A DNA stretch of 63,399 nucleotides, the filler included, from Choristocarpus tenellus KU-1152 (taxonomy: Eukaryota; Protista; Phaeophyceae): assembly GCA_964200185.2 (NCBI GenBank). It is 12 parts of 12 records of this genome, joined end to end, with 100 filler letters (N's around TTAATTAATTAA, not from the genome) between each part and the next. Parts side by side here need not be neighbours in the genome. Positions count along the whole stretch, not along the records: positions 49,070 to 55,996 come from CAXNAD020007041.1; positions 56,097 to 59,250 come from CAXNAD020021920.1; positions 59,351 to 63,399 come from CAXNAD020016480.1; 9 more parts are not named here. One strand, given 5' to 3'. Numbering within the stretch: position 1 is the stretch's first letter; every line of letters begins with the position of its first letter. Positions 49,805 through 62,199 of this stretch are shown here, one piece after another. Below the pieces are notes generated by a model. The model had not been told where the DNA came from and did not search any database. It was given only the letters and a program-made list of their open reading frames with translations. A program made the translations under genes and the position numbers.

Positions 49805-51673
49805 CCAAACAAATACAATGGTTGGACAAGTACAACACATTGTGGGCATGGTCCGGACATGCCAGAAAGAAGTTAGACTGGCCAGCAAACATGATCCGGG
49901 CATGTAGGAGAATATTTGACCCTGTCCAGCTGGCAGACACAGACTGGTACAATAATAGATCGTGGACATGGTCCAGACATCATGGAGAATGATATAGCCA
50001 GTCCAGTTGGCAGATATGGACCATACAATACCCAGCGGGAATGGTCCAGACATGCTGAGTGAAAGATAAACCCGGTTCATTATGCAGACCTGGACCAGTC
50101 CAATACCTAGCAGACATGGATCAGGAAATTTCAGATAGTTCTGGGACCAGTCCAGCCACTGGACAGGGCCATTTTAACTCGCCGTCCGAGCAAAACGCCC
50201 TACTTAATTCCAGGGACCCTGGCGACCTCATCCTACTTCATGAGTTCACGCATCAGAGCAGGGAGGTAGACCACAGATTCCCTTAGTGGCAGAGGGGTTA
50301 GGGTCAAGGGAAGCATCATCTCATTCAGAGTTTGAATTTCGCAACAGAGGAAAGAGTATCTTGCATGAGAGCATGCAGGGCACCATCGAGAGCTATCTCA
50401 TGCATAGACCACCGGCGGTGAAAAGCTAAGGGCTTCTCCTGCCCTGATCATTACTGCGAAACGATAGAGGGTGTCCTGAATCAAAGCAAGCATGGTCGGG
50501 GGGCGCCTCCCGAACACCTTGGACAGTGAACTGAAAGGCGCCATCCAAGGCTTTTTTCACGAAGTAAAAAAAGAATATGCTGACTATTGCATAGAAGTGG
50601 AAGGAACCGGCTCTAAAGACAACGGCACTAGCGAAGGAGGCAAACCGTGATGTGCAACAACAACAGAAAAATGGAAAATAGATGTGGACAGAAAAAAAAA
50701 AATCTGATAGGGTCACCCCTGAGGCCTTGTCTCGCCAGGAAAATAAACAAGAAAGCAGAACAAATTCTCCGGGTGCTTTGAATCCCCGAATGCACACTGA
50801 ACGCAAAATCTCAGTTTGAATGAGCATCCCACAGGACGGGGGGTCGGTGATAGGTGGTAGGTAGGTAGAGCCGTAGAGCAAAGCGTGTAGAATTTATTTT
50901 CTTTTTTTAATGCAGTTTGATGAAGGGTCAACAAAACACACTGCAATATATAAGAAAAAAAATAGTGATCTGACAGCTTCTCCGGCATATAGGCAAGCTA
51001 AAAATTCTACAGGTCCCCAAAATACAATAAAAAAATTTTTTAAACAAAATATTATTTTCCTGTACAAAATAATCAAGCGTGTCCACTATCTGCTACCAGA
51101 GAGATCTTACTACCGCTCCCCTCCCCCGCTTTTTTAATGCAACATCTACGAGATTGTTCAGTGCGAAATACAAACCCACATCGAGTAGGACGCCGGCAAC
51201 GCTCGTGTGGTGTACGGCACGGTCCTTGAATGGGATACGCGAAAATGCCTGCAAAGCAATGGAAACCTCTTGTTTCGACGCGGTTCTCGCCGGCAATTGA
51301 AGTGTGCACCTGCCTCTGGTGCTCTTTGACCTAGTGCCTGAGGCATATGCGTGCACTACGTGGTGTATGTATGCATCAGGGTACGGGGAAAAAAAAAAAA
51401 AATCGATCCAACATATCCATGCATGTATTCATTCGCCTTGGGTAGGAAGGCACACTTACTCTCAAGCCTAACAAACTACTAAGACAAAGTTCCCACACCC
51501 TCGATTGAACTAGCATTCGACAGGGTCCCATTCCTGTTCGCACGATACGCGAATCCGTTCCACTATCTAGGGTTGGGCTGAGTATGCAACACTCCTGATT
51601 CTTCGAGAACCTGCGAATGACGCACAGCTAGTAAACGACCCACTATTGTCAGCTGCTCAGGTAACAGTCTCAC

Positions 51674-54146
51674 CACATCACAATCTCCTTCATCCCCGCC
51701 CTTTATCTGAAGGGTCACCCCATTCGTGACATCCACATTAGCTGCCAGCAGCCAAGTCCCAGTTGCTACCGATGATTCCAGCCCCGTGGTGGAATCCAAG
51801 GGATAGATCGCCTTCATTCCATCAAAGTCGTGAAAGAGATGGATTTATTTACAGGCGAAAGCAGGGGGTGGCAGTGTGTAGTACAAGCAGAAGGGCAGTA
51901 TCAGTGGGCCTAAAAGTCATGTGCCTAGATGTAAACAAGGCATGCTACTTGTAAATAGTGGATACTGGATTATGAGTGCCAGTGTTTACATAAAATGTGC
52001 AAGCCATAGACCTGGTGGACAAGTTCCAACATTTGACACTGGTATTAGTGTCCTACAGTCAGTACACGATATGTTTTTCCCATGAAAACAAGACTCACAT
52101 GTGTGTGTGCAGAGGAACAGTTTTCAACACCTTGGAAAGATGTTTCACATTCCCGTATGTTTTCGAGACATAGAACTCCTTCACATGCATGGAATGTTTT
52201 TCTAAACTTTTAAAAATACATGTACAGTAAGGAAACATAGAGACACGTATAGCATGAAAAGGTCGTGAACAAGAGAAAAACAAACTCATGAACACAGGCA
52301 AGAACAGGACGCAGAGGAGCACATGAAGAAGCTACAAGTGGCATTACAACATTGACTGCTTTAGGAAAAACAGATAAGCTGAACTGTGCTTTAGTCTAGT
52401 AGGGTGGTTGTTAATGTTATAGTATCCATTCCAAACTCCCTTTCTTGTTCATGGACAGGATCGAGAATATTTGTATATCCTTCTCCCTTTAGCCCTGTTT
52501 TTTTCTGGAAGGTTGCCTGATACAACTTGCTCAAATCAATCCGTTCGTGCATTGCACATAACACAAGACGTTGATCTGTCCCCAACCTACGTCCCAAACT
52601 TGAAAACGAAAACAGGAAGAGCACACTAAAATAGATGTTGGGAAAACATAAGACCTGCTGGTAGAAGATGTGGGTGTTGATATTGAACAGTAAAATACAC
52701 GATAGGGTATAGGATAAAACGACAAACTCAAGTACACAGGGAACACCTACCTTGTAAGCCGAGTTCTTCAGTGCTGCATACATATCAGCTAGATTGGCAC
52801 AACCAACCGCTGCCCTCAACCCTGATGTGTGAGAGACAACTACCTCGGGAATGCCATCATCGTCAATAGCCAGGTCGTAGTTGATAAGCTGAGTAGGGTC
52901 GCATTCGACCTTTTCTGGTACAGGGGTAGGTGATACTGGTATAGGGGCAAGTGTGGTAGGGATCAGGGGGTGGATCGGTGCAGAGGAAGATAAAACCGTA
53001 GGAGAAGGAGTTGGGGCCGGTGTTGATATCACCTGGACTTGTGAGGGGCTGGGTGTGGTAACACCGATACCAGCGGAAGATGGTGCTGGTGTGGGGGTTG
53101 CCTCCTTTGTTATTTTAAACCCATCGTCTGTGCAATCTCTCACTCCATCGGATGCGAGACTCACAACCATGAGCTTGTAGATGCCACTAATCGTGTCACT
53201 AGGTACAAGGACGTCGTAGTCACCGCCTGCGGGGTCATAGCAGCCGTCGTCGAGCTTGCAAAGTCTCGAGTTGAACGTGCCACACCTATTCTCAAGAAGC
53301 AAATTGAAGCGAGGAGGTAAAGAATGCGTGGATTGTATGGGCTGAATATCATATACATTTCTCAAGATCTAAAGTGCTAGATACCATTTGGTTTTGTGCT
53401 TGATTTGGTCAGCTCCGATAATATCCTGTCAAGTGTCGAGACACCAACAACGATCCTTTCCATAACGAGCATTTCGATGACATTTCTAGTCAGCTCCTCT
53501 CTCACCCGCCATCATCGCATCCTCCATTCTCGCAGGAGTACAAGTCGATTAAGAAACTGCCTTCTACATTCCCCTCCCCATCATCATACGACCATCGCGC
53601 TGTAAAAGGGGTCCCAGCAACCAATGGACCGGGATCAAACGCAGTTAATGTGGCAGCCCCTGCTGTTGTGTCTTCCGCTGAAACAGTAAAAGTTGAGCTA
53701 CAGCCATTCACTGTTTCCCCGTTGATGCCAACGCGAAGGCTATATTCGCCTGGAATAGTATCAACGGGAATGGCGACCACATAGTCTCCATTCGTGTCCG
53801 CACAACCTCCATCCGTCTTGCATAGGGCCTTAAAATCGGCGCTATCGCAACCCTCCCCCGAGTGCAAATCAATATCAAAGTATTGGAAGTCTCCAGTGGT
53901 GATGCTGCTGGGGTCGTCTGGTTCATAGATCCATTGAGCAGCGAATTCCTCTCCAGCGGAAAGCTCCTGCGAGCTCATAACTGTAATGCTTGACGCAGTT
54001 GAGTGTCTAGCGCTAACCAGAAGCAAGCCAATTGTGATACCTGGGGTTGTCCATGTACAACTTCCAACCACCCAACCACGCGGACGCCGTCGCCCAGACC
54101 TCTCCGCGTGTTCAACAAACGGCACTCCAGCACGATTCAATCCCAT
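51674..54146 (-). CDS. Putative mannuronan C-5-epimerase with two N-terminal Cys-containing repeats and a Pro/Thr linker; 5' part, 3 exons
   Basis: Exons 54146-53506, 53285-52751 and 51811-51674 join in phase. GCANLADMY..AIYPLD..GTWLLAANVDVTNGVTLQIKGGDEGDCD resembles the start of the brown-algal ManC5-E domain (WLL..L.V.DG.TL...G...GDCD). Catalytic exons are not in this contig and the start codon is tentative. Confidence 0.72.
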
Positions 54147-56109
54147 AACTGCAGATGACAATGTTGGCGACAATGTTGTTGAACACACAATAATCCAAAA
54201 TATCTGTTTTAAAAGTCGATCGCCTCCTCTGCCAAACGGTAAGAACACAACTCGCCAGGTAACTCTTGTCCACTACCCTTACACAGAAATCTACTGTTGT
54301 GCGACCTTGCTTTGATCGTAAAATACGGGGAGGCTTCGTTCGCTAAAGAAAGCCTTGCCGTTCGCTTTCCTTCTCAGTTGCACCTTGCCGTTCGTTTGAC
54401 TCCCCTCACACCTTCATCTTCTTGTGATATGACAAGGTATATATCACTATTAGGTCAGAATTGTCTATCTCTCATCCATGGTTGTAGAAATATTCTAAAA
54501 TAATATTTGAGGGAATCCAACATCCAAAGTTCTAAAAAAAATGAAGAATACATATTTGATTGTTGTTTTCTGGAAAGATGAGTATGCAATGCAAAGCGGA
54601 GCAAATTTCAAAAAATGAACAAAAGTGGAAAATGGAAAAAATAGTTTTTGGGGTAGGGAAGAGTGTTGCCTATTATTGTTTCACCGACTTTGTTCCTGAT
54701 AATGGTACCCCCACAAAAAGACCTATACAAAGAATATTTATTTTCTCTACATCACAACTCGTCATATTTTTATGTACAACTGTAGGAACGCGAAGTAGAG
54801 AACGTCTTTAAAACTTCAACCTTCAACTGACAACTCCAGTAGTGAACCATTTTTCATATATACTGAACCAAAATAAGACAGGTCGGTAAGATTATCACCC
54901 AACACCATAAAAATGGCACACTCTATACAAAAGTGGTAGTGCTACGACAAACCTGCCATGCCCCAACCTCCACACAATTATTTTACGTTGCTATCGAGAG
55001 GAGTGTAGTACCAGAGACTGTCCACCAATCCATCCATACTCAGTCATTCCCTGCCCCTTTCACCATCTCTCTTTTCTGTCTACTCTACATCCCACACCTC
55101 AACCCCCAGTCCCTTTCCCCTTCCTTCCCTCCCTGCCCAAGCTGCCTAATGAACCTCCCCCCTGACCATCACGCCAACCTAGCTCACTCCACCTCACCTG
55201 CATGGTCAACCTCTTTAAAGATGCAAGCTATACCCCTTCACATGCCCTCACTGTGGCACACACTCACCTATTCCCACACTCAACCACATCTACACCTTCA
55301 GCAATGAAAGACTCCCTCATAGCCCCACTTATGCCACCACCGCAACCTAAATTCAACTTTCCTCACAATACATCCCAGGTCAGACCTTACACACACCCAC
55401 CTCGGCCCAGATGCCAGCCTGGCACCCTTTCCCCCCACCCTCTAACCCATCCTAGGCGTCCCTGACTCTGTCTCCGAGCCAGACCCTGCCCCATTGTTTC
55501 ACTCGTCAGCCCTGGAACCCTGGCCCCCCCACCACACCCCCACTCCCCGTGCCACATACAACACTACATCCGCCTGGATCACACAAAACAGTGGGCCCCC
55601 ACAGCATCCTGGGTTCTGTCCCTCTCCTTTTAGACACCATCAGCTTCCCACCCAACACCTTCCTTTCTCTCCAAAACCCACGAGGATGAGGGAGACCATG
55701 TGCTTATACTCCACCAAGCCCTCTTAGGGGTGTGGAGAGATAATGCTGGACTTGATCGGGTTCGCTCCCCCTGGAAGTTCACCCCTGAGGGGGAAGCATG
55801 CATACCCCTCCACGACCAAGACTACCTCCTGGACACTCCCTTGGAGTGGCCAAAATTGGTGAGTAGGCAGTGCATAACCGCAATGCCTTCCCTTACTGGT
55901 AACCCCCTCCCGCCTATCCCCATCTCCTCACCCCACCTCCCTCCACCCTACCCCCAGCAGGGGGATCACCATTTCCCATCCTTTCCCCTTCCCCCTNNNN
56001 NNNNNNNNNNNNNNNNNNNNNNNNNNNNNNNNNNNNNNNNTTAATTAATTAANNNNNNNNNNNNNNNNNNNNNNNNNNNNNNNNNNNNNNNNNNNNCATG
56101 GGTTAATTT

Positions 56110-56248
56110 GGAACTGGAGTCCTTATGTTAGAGACAACTGGCAGAGTTGGAACTGGAGTCCCTATGTTGGAAACAACTTGCAGAGTTGGAACTGGAGTCC
56201 CTATGTTGGAAACAACTGGCAGAGTCGGAACTGAAGCCCCTATGTTAC
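56110..56248. repeat. 39-bp tandem repeat x3.5 (GGAACTGGAGTCCCTATGTTGGAAACAACTGGCAGAGTT)
   Basis: Units start at 56110, 56149, 56188 and 56227. Confidence 0.95.
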
Positions 56249-57068
56249 CAAAGGGCAATTATGCATGCCACCGCAGCATGATCTAAGGTGATGGATATTT
56301 ATTATCCACATAATGATTATTGCCTGTGGCAAGTGTGAAACAGGTAGTCCCTGCATGGAACATAGGATGGCAGAACTTGGAACCATGAAGTAACCCACAT
56401 CGGAACAGATAGCAATTTATGTAAGATGTTTTGAATTATTTTTTATTGTCATTTTGTGTTTTCGATTTTTTTTCTGTGTATATCATGTACCTGACCCCCT
56501 TTATTCCGTCATTTCTTTCCCCCTTCTATTTTATATTCTTCTTTCGTTTTATTTTTGTATTTTACTTTTTTTTCCCCTATCCCTTGCTCAACTTTTTTTT
56601 CCTCTCCTCTTTTATCCGAACAGGTACCTGATCCCCTTAATTTCTTGTTTTATTCTATCTTTTTTCAGTATTTTTTTGTTTTATTTTGTTATTGCTGATG
56701 TTGATGTTATTGCCTGTTTTACGCACTAGCAGCTGTCAGTATGCTTCGTGCTTGGGGGGCAAGAGACAGGCAATAATCAGATGATACTTGGCACCTTAGG
56801 GTAGCCGTACTTTAGAAAGAGTAAATGTATACTCCGATTAGACTAGATGCAGACAGATTTCTCCAAGTTGATAATGATACATGTTTTGGGTCTAGTAAGA
56901 GTTAGGTTTTTTTCTTCTTCCTTTTTCCTTGCCACAGGATGATCTGAGGTGATTGAAGATATCTATTACCTTCACCGGTGACAATCGCCTGTGGTAAGCG
57001 TGAAACATGTATTGCTAGCTCACGCTGGGGGGCATGTTACAGGCAAATAGCGCGAGCACTTCTTTCTG

Positions 57069-57665
57069 CGTGCCAAAATGTGCTAACAGTATACATATGT
57101 AAGAATTCATGTAAGAGGAACTTTGAATTGATAGAAGATGCAGAGTAAGATTCGAAATACACACATAATCTCACAGAATAGATGTCAACTCCTGAAAGTT
57201 GCGGAATAAAGATTTATGATTGGAGTATTTACACAGCAGTTTGCAGACTTCATTTAACTTTTTGGCTGCAGGAAAACGGTGAATGATGTTAATAAAAGGC
57301 TGAGCGTTGACCACACGCTTCAGTCCTTTTTGATTCTTACCCTCTTTTGATAAAGTGAAAAGCGAGACATTGACTGAGCTAAACATTAACTGACACCATA
57401 CGTGGTCATCATCTGTGAACCCCCGCATAGTGTCGTTCTAAGGTCGTTGAGTTTGAGTTACACATCCTGTGGAGGTGAGTTCGGGGGCGCGCTGTAACAG
57501 TAAAGCTAGATGAAAGCGATCAAAAAGGTAGCAAATGCGCTCACCTTTAACCTTAACTGGTTGGTGAAGTCCATCTCTTATTTGAGTAGGTCAAACGCCG
57601 CATCAGGATAGCTCGCCCAAAGAAGGGTAAAGTAATGGACGCTACTGTAGTCCAAGGAAGACTGC
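57069..57665 (-). pseudogene. Intron-containing degenerate gene fragment of unknown family, duplicated at 61745-62170
   Basis: 57069-57500 is the reverse complement of 61745-62170. The same frame stays largely open in both (PFINIIHRF..K.LNEVCKLLCK). A GTGAGC...CTCCACAG intron lies at ~57544-57468. Confidence 0.5.
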
Positions 57666-58902
57666 AGGGAGATGAGGTCAACAACGAGTGAAGGCGGGGA
57701 GAAGTTAAAATGTTACTTTGCCTCGCACAGCTTAACCCCTGACCTTTGGTTTGAAGTGGATTATGTAATGTTGGAAAATCTAGAGAGGGAAAGGGGGTAT
57801 ACGTATAGTTTTGAGGGATGTGACATCAAAATACGTGTTTTGAAGTGATACAAGAAGGTAAGTATTTTTCATTCGGGAGCACCAGCGTTTGATTACAGTT
57901 GCGAGTGATACTGGGGAGAAAAGGGGAGGACATGACCCAGATAGATCTCGGAGCTGAAATCGTGGCACACGGCGTGGTGCAAGGGTGCGCGCTTGTGCTC
58001 TTTCCTTTAGTTGGAAAGTACATCTTCAGGATTATATTCGCTTCACCTCAGACAGGAACGTTATCAAGGCTGGCAACTGTCTTGCAAGACAGTATTTCCT
58101 TGTTGAGAGACTATTTCATTTTTCCTTTTCTTTTCTTTTCAATGCTCGTGCCAGTTTTCCTGCACACACATTTCATCCATTTCCCATTGACACCTGTGTT
58201 GTTTTGATCTGGGCAAAAAAAATGGTATGTTTCCGTAACACTCCACTGTTGGACCAGGCGGCGGATGGGTGAGGAAACAATTTCATGAAAAAGGGTACAT
58301 GATTAAGTACAGGGTATCAGCGCGGCAGGGCTTCAAATCTGGTGCTGCCTAGAGCCACTAAGGTGAGCTGTGTTAGATTTAGGGGGGGGGGAATACGGTG
58401 ATGGAGCTCCATTAGTTTTTCTAACAGTGCTGGACGCCTTACAGGCCCGTGATTACAAAAGAAGGTATAGGTTTGGACAGGCATGGTACGATTAAATGTA
58501 CCTTGCTGATTGTTTGTGGAGGTAAGGAGTAGAGGGTAAGCAAATGCGAAGATGAGGAATGTTTAGATATAGAAAAAATCAAGGTCGCAGGGGATTTTAC
58601 TATGGTCTTCGTCGCTGCACCCCATAAAAAGGTGTAAGAAAGGGGAGAATGTGCGTCGTTCGTCACTAGGAGTGAACCGGAAGGTTGAATGATCCAGAGG
58701 AATGACGCAATATGCAGACTCTCTAGAGTTCGGTTAGGTGCTCGTACTGCAGATGAAAGATCAAGCGTAAAGGCGTACAAATCATGTAACAGAGGTATAA
58801 CCTTTTTGTGCCCTTTGCCAGCGCCATGTTCACAACCTGTTAACGATCCTACTTCTCTCAAACGAAAGAAAGCCGTCCGAACCTCCTCCAGGCGGAGTGA
58901 AA

Positions 58903-59040
58903 CAGAGTATACCTAGAACAGACACGATCGTGGCGTGATGAATTCGTCAGAGTGATTAAGCAGAGTATACCTAGAACTGACACGGTCGTGGCATGATGAA
59001 GTCGTCGGGAGATAGCGATTCCGTAGAGATAACCTAGGAC
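58903..59040. repeat. 58-bp direct repeat x2.3 (CAGAGTATACCTAGAAC.GACACG.TCGTGGC.TGATGAA.TCGTC)
   Basis: Units at 58903 and 58961, with a partial third near 59023. Confidence 0.85.
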
Positions 59041-59350
59041 AACCACCGATTGGTGTCACATACAGTACCTACCCCGATTTTGTGCCAAATAGTAGGAACC
59101 AAATCGAAAAATATGCAATTTTGTACCGCTTTTTTCGACATGCAAAAAAGGCTTTTGTACCGGAATTCTCGTATTCGGGCGATTTGGCACAAAATCCAAG
59201 AGATATTCACACGAGTTTGGCGCGCGTGTAAAAAATAAAAAAAAAAAGTGNNNNNNNNNNNNNNNNNNNNNNNNNNNNNNNNNNNNNNNNNNNNTTAATT
59301 AATTAANNNNNNNNNNNNNNNNNNNNNNNNNNNNNNNNNNNNNNNNNNNN

Positions 59351-61250
59351 GTGTGCATAAGGGCGATTGCGTGGGCGGTGCGAAGCCTGCCTGGGACCTT
59401 CTTCACCGTGGTGATGTTTACCCGCTCCAGGGTCTCCATCTCGACTTGGTCCAGGGCAGATGCTACACTTGGAGTATGGACCCCCCAAGGTAGGCGTGGA
59501 TGTGGTGGTAGGTGGGTACATGTAATAGAAACAGGTAAAACCACACCGTCACCTAATTGGTTGGTATTAGAGTTAATACTCTGTTTTACAGTTGATAATC
59601 TCTCCAATTCTGAAGTACGAACCTTCGACATCAACTAGATTTCAGGAGGTGGTTGAGCCTCGAACATCGGATACCACTATGGGGTTGACAAGGAAAGCGA
59701 AATTCTCTCCATACCATCCATGAAGTTGACCAAAATCACTTAGGTTGGTTCTATAGGTACGCATTTTGATAACCGTTTTTCGGTCTGATCGTCGTTTTTA
59801 AGAGGACGAAGGGTGCCAAAGCAGGCAACAACCAACTCTGAGTTCAAACTCGAGGTGTGCAAGTTCTAAAAAGGTTTCTTCCCTTAAGCACTCCTTTTGT
59901 TGGTCCATCGAGGGTCTTAAAGGCTTGGTCCAAGAATCATACTCAGGACGCCAGAAATGGTTGGGAGTAGATGGGTAATTGTGTGAAGGGTATTTATTTT
60001 ATGGCCCTGATGTGTCTCAGTGCTTCAAATACTCTTGTTTTGGTTCCCTGCTGATATCTTCCCTGCTAGTCCGCTCTTTCAGTCTCTTTCTCTTTCTCCT
60101 TTACATCACCTTAACCCCCAGAGTCGCTGAGGGCAGATGGAAGCCACAACATTTTGTAGCGATATTGCGATGCTGTGGGTGCGGTCGCGATATTGCCTCT
60201 ACGTGAAGGGGAGAAAGGAAGAGCGGTATTGAGTGGCACACTGCCGCTCGAATTTCAACATTTTAGATTTTGAAGAAGCTTATTGGTTGGCTCGGCTGAG
60301 TGGTCTGTTCCCTCTATGGAAGTGTGCGACATATTCCTTTGCGAGTTGATTTGATTGCCCACAGTGTTACTTGGCATGCCAGCGCAACAGAAGACAGACA
60401 GGTTGCAATACAACTTAGGATTACGATACTCCCTCCCACCCCAGGTATTCGCCAGTATCGACGCACATGTAGATAGAACGGGGAATGTGCTGGATTGCTG
60501 TGGGGATTTGATTACGTTTTGTTTCAGATGGAGGATATTTGCAACGTGGTTGTGAACGACATCAACCACAGGTACAGCTGGGTGTCCTACCTGCAACACC
60601 CGAGTGTATGCGCTCATTCGTCACACAACTTACAGTTGGTGCAAGGATAGACACACTTGCTGTTGTTATGACTTAAAAATTTGTTACCGTCTGATTCGAT
60701 ACTAGACTTCGCCACATGCATTGCAATTTTGTGTGTTACCTTCTCTAGAGGTTCTTACTATCATCAATATTTTCCCCCTGATTGATGATGCCCATTGCCT
60801 AATTGAATACCAGGGTGGTGGATGCAAACTTCAGCACATTCGAGACCATGTCGGGAGTGACATGAGGATAAGGACAGATTGAATCGTGACGAGCGGCTCG
60901 AAATAGTCACCAATAATATACTTTCTAAACGCTGTTGCTCCGTCCTAGGGAGGAGCAGGATTAAAGTTCCTCTCAATCTCGGAGCCTTGCAATAATAGAG
61001 TGGGATGTCTCAGAGCTTCATCCACATACGTGCCTTTTTTCCCGTGATAGTTGAAATGATGAATACCCAAAACAGAGCGAGATTTGGGGGTATATTGTAC
61101 GATCTGTTTCATTGAAGAGGTGAAAGGCAGACACAGATATGAAGGTCGTGATGCACCTTCGATATCAGGGTGTGAAACACCTGAGCCCAATTTGTGGGCT
61201 CTTTCAATATGACAGACTGTATGTTGTGTTGTGCAATGAGGGAGGGAGGA
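59351..61250 (-). mobile_element. Degenerate Ty3/Gypsy RNase H-integrase remnant
   Basis: HFNYHGKKGTYVDEALRHP (cf. Y.KG..N.VADALSR), EGTDHSAEPTNKLLQNLKC (cf. QTDGQTERTN..L.Q.LRC) and KTLDGPTKG (GPY/F-like), in Gypsy order. Confidence 0.55.
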
Positions 61251-61744
61251 CGGGAATAGGTTAAAGACTCGAAATTGTGTAGAGCAATGATCTTTGCAAA
61301 TATTTTTTTCCGTTACTCGTCGTTCTCAGTGTACATGCATTGTGCTAGTTTTCCGTGCAAATTGAAGCCGACCTGCAGTACGTGGGATGACTTGGAGTGG
61401 ATAATCTATCCTCATCGGTTATATACATACTTTAGAAATGCAAAGTGCAATCGCAGGGGGTGATAGGAGTTCTCATTTCCTTGTGCATTTGATACAAACA
61501 AGATACTGCAAGTAGTGAACACACTTGAGGTCGCTAGAAATCATAGTTGCGAGGTTAAATAGCACCCTCAAGTGTTTTTGTGTTGTTCCTCTACGCAATA
61601 TTGGCCATGCCAGATTAGAAGGATAGCAGTGTGAACATCATTGTATTGGAAGGAATCCAGTGAGTGACTTCATTGTATAGTTATTTTGTACGAATCTTAA
61701 GAAGAAAGCTATTGGAAACAAGCATTTTTGACAGAAGTTCCTTT

Positions 61745-62170
61745 GTTCCAGCGTGCCCCAGAACTCACCTCCACAGGATCTGTAAATCAAATCCAACGAC
61801 CTTAAAACGACGCTACACGGGGGTTCACAGACGATGACCACGTATGGTGTCCGTTGATGCATAGCTCAGTCAATGTCTCGCTTTTCGCTTTATCAAAACA
61901 GCATAAGGATCAAAGAACTGAGTTGTGTGGTCAACAACAGCCTTTTATTAACATCATTCACCGTTTTTCTACAGTCAAAGAGTTAAATGAAGTCTGCAAA
62001 CTGCTGTGTAAATGCTCCAATCAAAAGTCTTTATTCTGCAACTTTCAGGAATTGACATCTATTTTGTAAGATTATGTATGCATTTCGAATCTTACTTTGC
62101 ATCTTCTATCAATTCAAAGTTCCTCTTGTATGAATTCTTACGTATAAATACTGTTCGCGCATTTTGGCAC
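61745..62170 (+). pseudogene. Second copy of the 57069-57500 gene fragment
   Basis: Direct nucleotide homology, including the CTCACCTCCACAG acceptor. Confidence 0.5.
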
Positions 62171-62199
62171 CAGTAGTTTGTTTTGGTCACTGAATCAAA

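Noticed and set aside
54930-55996. Gypsy protease/RT remnant in a C-rich region
   Set aside because: Only weak hints (HSILGS, IMLDLIGFAPPGSSPL); no diagnostic motif.
56431-56729. Phe-rich membrane protein ORFs
   Set aside because: Translation of T-rich low-complexity sequence.
6034-59350. Regularly recurring TTAATTAATTAA motif within N runs
   Set aside because: Artificial six-frame-stop linker between contigs. ORFs containing X and any gene neighbourhood across linkers are artefacts.
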